19,793 nucleotides of DNA from Armatimonadota bacterium (GTDB taxonomy: Bacteria > Armatimonadota > Armatimonadia > Armatimonadales > Armatimonadaceae). The DNA lies in assembly GCA_043754515.1 (NCBI GenBank), contig JAYUUO010000004.1, positions 1-19,793 of the forward strand, in the 5' to 3' direction. The position numbers were made by a program, and so were the translations under genes. The first letter of the stretch is position 1. The number at the start of each line of letters is the position of its first letter. This document shows positions 1 to 8,140 of the stretch, one piece after another. Under the pieces are notes generated by a model that did no database searches, was not told the origin of the DNA, and saw only the letters and a list, made by a program, of their open reading frames with translations.

Positions 1-1
1 G

Positions 2-112
2 GCGAGGCCATTTTTCAATAACATCTCCCGAGAATACCGCGCCGGAGAACAAAGTCATTATTGGCAGTATGACGACCTAACTATGATGCAATCGCCCTAT
101 GTTCACCCGTGA
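2..112 (+). CDS. possible 3' end of an upstream gene (unknown product, truncated by window edge)
   Basis: Frame +2 is open from the window edge (ARPFFNNISREYRAGEQSHYWQYDDLTMMQSPYVHP) to TGA at 110-112; no recognisable motif. Confidence 0.25.
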   Translation, partial: ARPFFNNISREYRAGEQSHYWQYDDLTMMQSPYVHP

Positions 113-163
113 GTCTTGCCATCTTCAGTGCGGGGACGGAGATGCGCTCATTAACCATGAGTC

Positions 164-196
164 GTCTAAACATAACCTGTCTAGTTATGTTTAGAC
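164..196. promoter_or_regulatory. perfect 13-bp inverted repeat (putative operator)
   Basis: GTCTAAACATAAC (164-176), 7-nt spacer, GTTATGTTTAGAC (184-196); AT-rich; immediately upstream of the -10 element of the ATPase gene. Confidence 0.7.
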
Positions 197-197
197 A

Positions 198-211
198 TGT
201 TATGATCAATC
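198..211 (+). promoter_or_regulatory. extended -10 promoter, likely leaderless transcript
   Basis: TGt-TATGAT (198-206), then 5 nt, then ATG at 212; no Shine-Dalgarno. Confidence 0.6.
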
Positions 212-1720
212 ATGGCCACCAAATACCTGGCGCAACCCAATCCGTTCTTCAACCGCGTCAGAGAGCTTGCCGCACTGGGGCAGGCTTACGACTCGGCGCG
301 ACCGACGGGGCAGATGCTTATGCTCTACGGGCGGCGACGCATCGGGAAGACTTACCTTCTGCAACGCTTCTTCGCCGGTGCGCCCGGCGACGCCCCGAAG
401 CCGCACTGCTACTATTTAGCTGATCAGAGTACCGCCCCCGTACAACGACTCGCCCTCGCCGAAGCCTTACTTGACGCTATTCCCGATCCGGGGGTCACAC
501 CGGCGGAGATCGCGGTTTCGTGGAACGCCCTGTTTCGCTTTGTCGGTTCGCAGGCGAGAAGAGCGGGGGGGCCTCGTCTCGCTTTGATACTCGATGAGTT
601 CCCGTATCTGGTGGATCAGACGCCGGAACTGCCGAGCATTTTGCAATCGTGGTGGGATCGAGAGGGAGTCCACAGCCCCTTGATGGTCGCCTTATGCGGC
701 TCACGACTGTCCGCGATGGAGACACTGGGCGCATCTTCCGCGCCGCTTTACGGTCGCTTCAATGCTGGGATCGTGCGCCTGTTCCCGCTCGGATATAGGG
801 ACGTGTCGGCGTTTTACGCCAGCAGTCCGCTCTACGACGCGGCGTCCGTCTTGACCGCATACGGCGTTTTCGGCGGAACACCGCGTTACCATGCCCTCGT
901 TGACGCCGGCCGTCCTTTAGGGGAGGAGGTGGTTCGGCTACTGTTGCAACGTGGCAGCGCGCTGGAGAACGAGGTCGCGTTCCTTCTCGGGAGCGAGCAA
1001 CTGCGCGACCCCGCGCCCTACAACGCGGTGCTCGCGGCGATAGCCGGTGGAGAAACGCAGTTCGGTAACATCCAGAGCGCTTCGGGGACCGACCGTTCGC
1101 GCCTGTCCTATTACCTCGGCGTGCTGACCGACCTCGGCTGGATCCGGCGTGAGTTCGCGTTCGAGGAGACCAGCAACAAACGCGCCCTGTACCGCGCCGG
1201 GGATCCGTTCCTCGCGTTCTGGTACCGGTTCGTGCATCCCTTACGAAGCGCGCTCGCGTTTAGCGATCCGCAGGCCCTCTACGACGCCCACATCGCGCCG
1301 TTCTTGTCCGACTATATGGGGCGGTACGTGTTCGAGGAGATTTGCCGTCAATGGCTCGCGCGTCATGCCCAGACCGATTTCAGAACCCTGCTCGCGAGCG
1401 CGGGGCGTTGGTGGAGCCGTGACGGTCAGATCGAACTCGACCTTGTGGCAAGCCCGCTGACGCCGCCCGATGGCTATGTCTTCGGCGAGTGCAAGTGGAG
1501 CGCGGGCCGCCCCATCGGCACGAGCGTTTACACCGACTTGCTGACGAAAGTCGCCCGCGCTCCGAACAACGATTGGCGCAAGTTTCCCCCGCGCTATTGC
1601 TTGTTCAGCGTCGGCGGCTTCACGCCCGAACTACACGCCATCGCTTCCGACCCCGACCAGCGGCTGACTCTCGTAGGCGCGGGCGACTTGTTGCCGCGTA
1701 GCGACCCCGCGTCGCCTTGA
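212..1720 (+). CDS. archaeal-ATPase family P-loop ATPase with central winged-helix region and C-terminal DUF234/PD-(D/E)XK nuclease-like domain
   Basis: N-terminal FFNR..EL; Walker A YGRRRIGKT; Walker B LILDEFPYL; CGS and PLYGR motifs; GGTPRY; DPFLAFWYRF; C-terminal GRWW..ELDLVA..GECKW; 502 aa. Confidence 0.9.
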   Translation: MATKYLAQPNPFFNRVRELAALGQAYDSARPTGQMLMLYGRRRIGKTYLLQRFFAGAPGDAPKPHCYYLADQSTAPVQRLALAEALLDAIPDPGVTPAEIAVSWNALFRFVGSQARRAGGPRLALILDEFPYLVDQTPELPSILQSWWDREGVHSPLMVALCGSRLSAMETLGASSAPLYGRFNAGIVRLFPLGYRDVSAFYASSPLYDAASVLTAYGVFGGTPRYHALVDAGRPLGEEVVRLLLQRGSALENEVAFLLGSEQLRDPAPYNAVLAAIAGGETQFGNIQSASGTDRSRLSYYLGVLTDLGWIRREFAFEETSNKRALYRAGDPFLAFWYRFVHPLRSALAFSDPQALYDAHIAPFLSDYMGRYVFEEICRQWLARHAQTDFRTLLASAGRWWSRDGQIELDLVASPLTPPDGYVFGECKWSAGRPIGTSVYTDLLTKVARAPNNDWRKFPPRYCLFSVGGFTPELHAIASDPDQRLTLVGAGDLLPRSDPASP

Positions 1721-1845
1721 TCCTCTCCTGGCACTGAGATTCCTTCACCGAACCGGGAGTGCTTCTGGAGGTAAGCTGTTCCCACCCGTGCGCGGGCACC
1801 CGTGCGCCACCCGCCGCCCCACCGCGAATGCGCCGCGCTGCGGAC

Positions 1846-3487
1846 CTACCGATGGCGCACGCGCACCGATACCCTGCGCGACACCTTATATCGCGGTTGC
1901 GTTTGGCCGGGCAGAAACGCCGTAAGCGTCGAGTTGTAGTCGCCCGGTGGGAGTCCGGCGTGGTCCCAGGCGAACGCGAACTCGGCTCCTCCGTTCGCGG
2001 TCCGCGTCAGTATGGGAACGGTATCACCGCTCCGGACTATCTCCAAACGTCACCACGTGTCCTCTGAAATAGGGGTCGCTCGAAAACGTACGTAGTCGCC
2101 CCCAAGCGATAAATCCTTCAAAGGTCCCCGGATGCCACCGACCGGGTTCAGCACGTTCACACTTACGGGAGGTGTTGCGACCGCGTAGTTGCCTTCGGCG
2201 GCGATCACCTGGATGACATGTCTCCCCGGCGTCAGTTCTTCTATAGGCCCTCTGAACACCGGGTGCCGGTCCCACTGCGCCCAGGTAGTCCCGATGTCCG
2301 GCGTGGCGACGTAGAACCCGCTATAATGCTCCCCGTCCACCAGCATCTGGTAATCACGCGCAACTCCCAGCACGCTTTCCTGGATGGTGAGGGTCGTATA
2401 GCCGCTCCAGGTCGGCGAGAAGTTGGCTAGCCGGATGGTGGGCGCGTTCGGACTGAGCGCGGTCTCCAGCCAGGGCGACCACCAGGCTATCCTCCCCTCC
2501 CAGTCCTGAACGCCAACGCGGTGCTCATACCGAACGCCGCTCGCCAGGCAACTGTCCGTGTCCGCGATGCAACCCGCCTGCCCGACGCTCGCCACGCGCG
2601 TCCCGAGGGAGTCAGTCTCCCCGCTCAACCGCCGGAACAGGTGCAACCTTTCGTAGAGGAGCGGGGGCGATGTCGCGTACCAATGCAGTGACACGCACCT
2701 ACTTCCCGACCGGATACTCAAGCTATCTAGAGCGTAGGAGAGTACACGCTGAACGTTTCCGACCACCACGGCTTGACTCCATTCGCCAGCACTGCATTTT
2801 ATAGACGCGAAGCAGGTGTCGTCGGAAACGTTCCTCCGCGCCCGCAGAGTGGAAGTAGCCGATAGGTCGCCCGCCGGGATGGTGACGGTTCGCGGGTCCG
2901 GGGGCGTGAACGTCGCGCGGCCACCGTCAATATTCACCGGCGTGTCCGTCCGCGACGGCTTGCTCAGCGCGACCGTGCAGAGGGAGGTGCCCCCGCTCTT
3001 CACGACCTCGGGATAGGCTTCTAATCTCGCGAGATGGGAGTCGCCGGTACCACCGTGACTGAAGATCGGCGTGGCTACGTCCGCGACGTTCGAGAACGAA
3101 GCGAGCGCGGTCGGCAGAATCGCCTGTAGTAGCGGCTGGCTCGGTGACCGCGATCTCTTGCCAGGCGAGCGTGTCCCCTTCGCGCCGCTCAATCCGGTAT
3201 CCACCCCCCTCGGGGGGTGTATCGCGCCATGTCAGCCGTACCGCATCGTAGCGAAGCGGCACGGCAGCCAGTTCCGACTGTCGGTCGGGATTTAACTCAC
3301 CGCTTCGCCCCGTCTTGTCTTGGCCGGGCGCGTCCGGCGTCACGACGGACACGGGCGGGTTCGGGGCAGGATCACCCGGCGTCCGTGCGAATTCGGGGAA
3401 AGCCAAACCCGCGACTAACAGCGCGGCGGCGAGTGACGGGCACGTGAATAACCCGCGAATGATTTCCATAATTCCGCGATGAGCCAT
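1846..3487 (-). pseudogene. disrupted secreted FN3/Ig-like multidomain surface protein
   Basis: Signal-peptide-like N-terminus and FN3-like start (VRLTWRD..GYRIERR) in ORF 2927-3487; the coding-like sequence shifts to the frame of ORF 2050-3204 near 3110-3140 (SFSNVA, Ig-like VTIPAG, second FN3-like segment); in-frame TGA at 2050-2052 is followed in the same frame by ORF 1846-2046. Confidence 0.7.
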
Positions 3488-3532
3488 GCCACGCCTTCTC
3501 TTTCCCGCTACTGATCGCTGCCGGAGTGCCGG

Positions 3533-3952
3533 TTAGGGTTGCCAGACGTAGGCATACTGCCACAGACTCCAGAGCAGGTAAAGTCCCGCCACGGTCGCTA
3601 ACCCCACCGCCAGCGTCCGTCGGTTCTCGAACGACAGGAGCTGCCGCGCCCCGAAGTAGATCAGGCAGACGGCGGCGAGCGGCGTCAGGATCGGGAGAGC
3701 GACTTGCCATAAGTCATTCAAAGGCCAGTTCGTCGGGTTCTTCGGCAACCCCGTTGCCAACTTGAACCCGATGTCTAGCCCGCCGTAGCAGGTGACGAAT
3801 AGAATGATCGCGTCACGAAGCGGCGTCCGCCACCCGAGCCACCCGCCGACGATCAGACCGAATGGTATCCCCAGGTATAGCCCGATGAAGTAGACGAAAA
3901 ACGTCGCCAGCCCGAGCGTCACGCCGCCCACACCCGCGCCGACGCCTGCCAT
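3533..3952 (-). CDS. hypothetical integral membrane protein (about 4-5 TM segments)
   Basis: 139-aa ORF dominated by hydrophobic stretches; the frame stays open upstream to 4018, so the start is uncertain. Confidence 0.7.
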   Translation of the reverse strand: MAGVGAGVGGVTLGLATFFVYFIGLYLGIPFGLIVGGWLGWRTPLRDAIILFVTCYGGLDIGFKLATGLPKNPTNWPLNDLWQVALPILTPLAAVCLIYFGARQLLSFENRRTLAVGLATVAGLYLLWSLWQYAYVWQP

Positions 3953-4007
3953 GAGAAGGAGGGCAATGGTCCTGCGGATTAGCGGCGCGACTGACGGGCG
4001 CGGCGCG

Positions 4008-4814
4008 TCAATACTTCGTCACCTGGAGCGCGAGTGCCCCGTCGGCGTAGAACGTCGAGCCGCTGACGTAGTTGCTCTCCTCACCCGCCAGGAACACCGC
4101 GAGACTCGCCATCTCCTCCGGCGTCCCGAACCGCCCGTATGGGATCTCCGATAGGGCGTTCTTGGTCTCCTCCGGATCGGCGAGCACAGATTGGTTGATA
4201 GGGGTCGCGATGGCACCGGGCGCGATATTGTTGATGTTGATCTTCATCGGCGCGAAGTACACCGCGAGGTCGCGGCACAGCATCCGCATGCCACCTTTCG
4301 AGACGCAGTAAGATGTAAAGCCGGGGAATGGGATGTCCTCGTGCGTAGACGAGATATTGACGATCTTGCCCCGCGACTCGCGCCCTTCGACCGCGCCCTG
4401 CTTCACGAACTGCCGCCCGGCAATCTGCGTCACTAAAAACGCACCGCGCAGGTTGACGTTTAGCACCGCGTCCCACTCGTTGTCGGGCACTTCCAGAAAG
4501 TCTCGCTTGATCTCGATGCCCGCATTGTTAACCGCGATGTCGAGGCGACCGAACCGCGCCACGGCGGCGTCCGCCATCGCCTGCACTTCGTCGCGCTTCG
4601 ACACATCGGCGGGGAACGCGAGGGAATTGTCCGCGCCGATGGCGTTCACCACCTCATCCGCCTGCGCCTTACGCGCGTCCGCCTTGTCGCCCGTGCCGCC
4701 CAGGTAGTTCACCACGACCTTCGCGCCCTCTTTGCCGAAGCGCGTCGCGATCGCCTTGCCGATGCCCGATGACGCGCCGGTGACCAGCGCGACCCTGCCG
4801 TCCAGTTGTCCCAT
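4008..4814 (-). CDS. short-chain dehydrogenase/reductase, glucose 1-dehydrogenase-like
   Basis: Start reassigned to ATG 4814 (MGQLDGRVALVTGASSGIG); TGxxxGIG, NNAG, catalytic S and YCVSK; NISSTHEDIPFPGF and APGAIATPIN resemble the glucose dehydrogenase subfamily; 268 aa. Confidence 0.9.
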   Translation of the reverse strand: MGQLDGRVALVTGASSGIGKAIATRFGKEGAKVVVNYLGGTGDKADARKAQADEVVNAIGADNSLAFPADVSKRDEVQAMADAAVARFGRLDIAVNNAGIEIKRDFLEVPDNEWDAVLNVNLRGAFLVTQIAGRQFVKQGAVEGRESRGKIVNISSTHEDIPFPGFTSYCVSKGGMRMLCRDLAVYFAPMKININNIAPGAIATPINQSVLADPEETKNALSEIPYGRFGTPEEMASLAVFLAGEESNYVSGSTFYADGALALQVTKY

Positions 4815-5012
4815 GAAAAAAACCCTTTCGCGTTGAACGCGCATAAAGGATACCCGGAACGGGCGCGGGAATCGCCGCGCCCCTGGTGATCCGAACGTGC
4901 GGGTCGTACGGGTGCGACGGCAGTTCGTTAATGACAACGGCGCGAGTGGTATCATCAGGCCAATAGATCGCGCCACGTCGCCCGCGCCGGAAGCGGCGAA
5001 AGGATAAAAATC

Positions 5013-5282
5013 ATGCACAACTTAACGATTCGACTGCCGGATACGGCCTACCGCGCCGCACTCTCCTTCACGCCCGACGAACGCGACCGGCTCGTTGCTG
5101 TGGCTCTCACCGCCGCGCACGCCGCGCTTGAGGACGAGGAGCCAGACTTCGACCGCGAAACGAACGAAGCCGACCTCGAAGCGATCGGGCGTGGCTTGCA
5201 AGCCGAAGCCGAAGGGCGCACCGTTCCCGGCGAAGTGGTGTTCGCCATGCTCAAGGAGCAAGCTCGGAACGGCAGGAAGTAA
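5013..5282 (+). CDS. putative type II antitoxin (RHH-like N-terminus, ParD/RelB-like acidic C-terminus)
   Basis: 89 aa; MHNLTIRLPD beta-strand start; acidic middle; C-terminal AIGRGLQAEAEGRTVPGEVVF typical of addiction-module antitoxins; SD AAGGA upstream; TAATG overlap with the next gene. Confidence 0.7.
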   Translation: MHNLTIRLPDTAYRAALSFTPDERDRLVAVALTAAHAALEDEEPDFDRETNEADLEAIGRGLQAEAEGRTVPGEVVFAMLKEQARNGRK

Positions 5283-5707
5283 TGCCTTTCGGCGAGCACT
5301 CTGTTATACCTATGTACATTGACTTCGCGGGCCCGGCGCAAGCCGAGGTATCTGGCGCGATCGAGTACATCCGTGCCGAAGGTGGCGACGCCGACCAATT
5401 CGCTGATCGGGTGGCGCGGGTATTTCGGGGAGCGGCGGCACGGCTCGCCGAGGAAGTAGCGGCGAATACCGGTAAGCCCTTTGATCAAACGGATGGCCCG
5501 GCTTCGATCCGATGGGCGCAACCGGTGTACAGGCTCCGCGTTGATACGGCGACGAAGCGCAAGCGGGGTAGCGCGGCGGGTGTCTGGTATACATAATATT
5601 CTTTGCGCGACCATGGTGACAACAGCAAGCCTGACACGATGTATGCTCACGCGTTCCGGCGCGGCGCGGCGCGTCCGATAGGGAATGATGGCGACGCTGG
5701 CGAGTAG
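5282..5707 (+). pseudogene. ParE/RelE-like toxin with premature stop
   Basis: IDFAGPAQAEVSGAIEYI N-terminus; TAA at 5594-5596 interrupts WYT*YSLRD..MYAHAFRRGAARP, which resembles the ParE/RelE C-terminal strands; next in-frame stop is TAG 5705-5707. Confidence 0.65.
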
Positions 5708-5832
5708 GAAGCAAAAACCCTTTTGCCGAAGTCCCCGCCGCGTTTGTCACCACACCCGGAGCTACGTCGCTCCAGTAGTGCGCGCCCAAAGGCATACCGT
5801 TCCGGCAAGACCGGCGGGCGGTACTCGACGCG

Positions 5833-6765
5833 TCAGTGGATGTAGAGCAGTGCCGACGCCGCGCCGACCAGCAATACCGCGCCCGCAAACCGCGCCGCGT
5901 ATGTCGTGCGCCCCTCCTCGCCGTCGAGCCTCCCCGGTAGCGCGGCGTTGACCGCGAGCAGGAACAGCCCCGACCCCATGGCGAAGACGTTCACGAGAAC
6001 CACGCCGTGCGCGCGCCGGAACGCCTCGCCGATGCAACACACGCCGATCACCAGGAAAACGCCGGTGAGACCCGCCCCGAGCCGCCCGCGCCAGTGGCGG
6101 AGCGCGCCCGCGATCTGCTCGCGACTCTCCCAGCTACGAAGCAGGAACGGCAGGCCGAGCGCGGCGATCCCCCACGACACCAGCACCGTCGCCCAGCGCG
6201 CCCCGAGGCTCCCACTCGCCTTGCCGAACAACAGATCCGACACGGCGAACACCGGCACCGTGATCAGCACCATCATCCAGATCGGGCGTTCGGTGATCGC
6301 CTGCCAGCGCAGTTTCCGGTTGTAGGCGATGCCGAGCGCGCCGAGCGTCGCGACCGCTAGAAGGAGGTAAACGCGGCTCCCGAACCGCTCGCCCGTTGTC
6401 GCGAACGCCAGGAGCGGCAGGTAAAAGTTCTTTAAGGGCCACAGCGACCCGACCACGGAAATATCAGCGCGGAATACACTTCGCAGGTACAGGATGTTGC
6501 CGAGCAGGTTGACGAGGACGAGCGCGGCGAGCAACCAACCGGCGTTCGCGTCGAAGACCGGCGCGGCGGTGCCGGGCAGGAGTAGCAGTAGCGGGGAGAG
6601 TATCGCGCCGCCGAGGAGACGTAGCGCGAGGAACGGTTCGGGCGCGGACACGGCGTATCGCGCGGTCCACTTCTGCGATAAGTCGAGCGCGGCGAACGCC
6701 GCCGCCGAGAGCAACGCGAACGCTAGGGCGTCGGCGGGGAGGGCGGGTGATTGCGTGATGGGCAT
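5833..6765 (-). CDS. EamA/DMT family transporter
   Basis: 310 aa, about 10 hydrophobic segments in two repeats; LYLRSVFRADISVVGSL and GERFG motifs of DMT proteins. Confidence 0.8.
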   Translation of the reverse strand: MPITQSPALPADALAFALLSAAAFAALDLSQKWTARYAVSAPEPFLALRLLGGAILSPLLLLLPGTAAPVFDANAGWLLAALVLVNLLGNILYLRSVFRADISVVGSLWPLKNFYLPLLAFATTGERFGSRVYLLLAVATLGALGIAYNRKLRWQAITERPIWMMVLITVPVFAVSDLLFGKASGSLGARWATVLVSWGIAALGLPFLLRSWESREQIAGALRHWRGRLGAGLTGVFLVIGVCCIGEAFRRAHGVVLVNVFAMGSGLFLLAVNAALPGRLDGEEGRTTYAARFAGAVLLVGAASALLYIH

Positions 6766-6826
6766 GGGCGTTAGGTGGCTCGGATTTAGCCGGGTGCGGG
6801 CGGCGTGTTCGTGCTACCGACATCCT

Positions 6827-6844
6827 GCGGCGGCTAACCGCCGC
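6827..6844. other. GC-rich hairpin just downstream of the phoU stop (possible 3'-end structure, no U-tract)
   Basis: GCGGCGG-CTAA-CCGCCGC, 7-bp stem, 13 nt after the phoU stop. Confidence 0.4.
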
Positions 6845-6857
6845 CCTCACCGGAGCA

Positions 6858-7535
6858 TCAACACCGGGCCCCTACCAATCGTTCCGATGCGTTCGCGCAG
6901 TGGTCTCCCACCCGCTCCAGATAGTGCGCGACGAAGAGCAGTTGCGAGGAGGGGACACCCTGCGCGGGGTCTTCGAGCATCCTATGGCGTAGTTCGGTCT
7001 GCGCCTCACGGTACAGAACGTCCATCTCGTCGTCGCGTTCAATCACGGTTTCCGCCCCTACCGCGTCGTCGTTCGCGAACGCTTCGGCGGTACCCCCGAT
7101 CATCTCCGATGCGAGTACGCCCATGCGCTCGATCTCCAGCGGCACGGACGTCGGCACGGGATAGCCCGCCTGACGGAGCACGATGCGGGCGATATTGACA
7201 GCGTGATCCGCCACCCGCTCCATATCGGTGGAGACTTTGAACACGTCGCCGACGAAGCGCAGGTCGGGGGTTGTTACCTGCCGTGCCGCGACCAGTCCGA
7301 TCGCCTGTTGCTCGACACGGCGGTCTAGTTCGTCCACCTCGGAGTCGGACGCGACCACGCGCCGCGCGAGCGCGGCGTCCCCCGTCCGCAGGGCGAGCAT
7401 GGCGTCGTCCATCATCGCGCGGGACAGGAACATCATGCGCACCAGGTCGCGGCGCAGAGCGGAGATGCCGTCGCCGGTCGCCGACCGCGAGCCGCCCGTC
7501 AGACGTGGCGAATATGTTTCTACAGCAGTCATCAT
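6858..7535 (-). CDS. phoU: phosphate signalling protein PhoU homolog
   Basis: Two PhoU repeats: D.EVDELD..E..Q..DLR..K..TDMERVADHAVNIA and DDEMDVLY..LERVGDHCANASE; start placed at ATG 7535, which overlaps the ArsR stop (ATGA). Confidence 0.9.
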   Translation of the reverse strand: MMTAVETYSPRLTGGSRSATGDGISALRRDLVRMMFLSRAMMDDAMLALRTGDAALARRVVASDSEVDELDRRVEQQAIGLVAARQVTTPDLRFVGDVFKVSTDMERVADHAVNIARIVLRQAGYPVPTSVPLEIERMGVLASEMIGGTAEAFANDDAVGAETVIERDDEMDVLYREAQTELRHRMLEDPAQGVPSSQLLFVAHYLERVGDHCANASERLVGARC

Positions 7536-7987
7536 TTTATGGTCTCGATAGCGTCGTTGCCGGTTGTCTCCCATGCATAGTCATTGTCGGAGCAGTGTAG
7601 CCGCTTGCTCAGTGTGAAAAGCGCGCCCTGCTCCAGGCGGTAACAGATATTTTTGCCGTGGCGCGTCATTATAACCAGACCCGCGTGGCGCAACTCCTTC
7701 AGATGGTGCGACAGCGTAGACGGCTCCTTACCGCTCTTACCGGTCAGGGCAGCGGCTATCTCGGTCACGGTAGCACCGTGCGCGGCGATCTCAGCGTCGA
7801 TGTCCGCGATCACTTCGCCCGCGATGTCCGGGGCCGCTTCCCGCGCGGACAGGAACCCGATCACCGCGAGACGGGTCGGATCACCGAGTGCCTTGAACTG
7901 CTCGGCATCCCGCGCGAACCGCTCGGGGTTGATCGCTTGCGAAGGCGGCTTCTCATCCGCGCGCGCTTTTTTGTTCTCTTTCGGCAT
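7532..7987 (-). CDS. ArsR/SmtB family transcriptional regulator
   Basis: FKALGDPTRLAVI, TVTEIA, STLSHHLKELRHAGLV..RHGKNICYRL; 151 aa. Confidence 0.9.
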   Translation of the reverse strand: MPKENKKARADEKPPSQAINPERFARDAEQFKALGDPTRLAVIGFLSAREAAPDIAGEVIADIDAEIAAHGATVTEIAAALTGKSGKEPSTLSHHLKELRHAGLVIMTRHGKNICYRLEQGALFTLSKRLHCSDNDYAWETTGNDAIETIK

Positions 7988-8007
7988 AATTATTACATCG
8001 GTTCAAA

Positions 8008-8048
8008 CGTACGTCGTTACTATCGTACGGTTTTATTATCGTACGGTT
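8008..8048. repeat. 16-bp tandem repeat / CGTACG triplet with 16-bp period in the divergent intergenic region
   Basis: TTACTATCGTACGGTT (8017-8032) and TTATTATCGTACGGTT (8033-8048); CGTACG at 8008, 8024 and 8040. Confidence 0.75.
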
Positions 8049-8099
8049 CTACTTCCAACGAAATATTACCCCGGATCAAGGTTCGGTGCAAGTCGTCGG

Positions 8100-8127
8100 T
8101 TGGGCGAATAGAAAAGGCCGGTATAAT
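8100..8127 (+). promoter_or_regulatory. sigma70-type promoter for the SNase-GIDE gene
   Basis: TTGGGC (8100-8105), 16 bp, TATAAT (8122-8127), 13 nt before ATG 8141. Confidence 0.55.
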
Positions 8128-8140
8128 AGCCACACACGTA

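Noticed and set aside
4815..5018. N-terminal extension of the SDR ORF
   Set aside because: The Rossmann motif follows directly after ATG 4814; the extension covers the divergent promoter region
5711..5726. GCAAAA-ACCC-TTTTGC as terminator of the TA operon
   Set aside because: Weak AT-rich 6-bp stem without a following U-tract
8008..8048. Mini-CRISPR or iteron interpretation of the tandem repeat
   Set aside because: Units are 16 bp, directly adjacent without spacers, only two full copies, and no cas or rep gene is present
7658..8140. N-terminal extension of the 790-aa ORF
   Set aside because: Overlaps arsR antisense and the AT-rich control region; promoter and signal peptide point to ATG 8141
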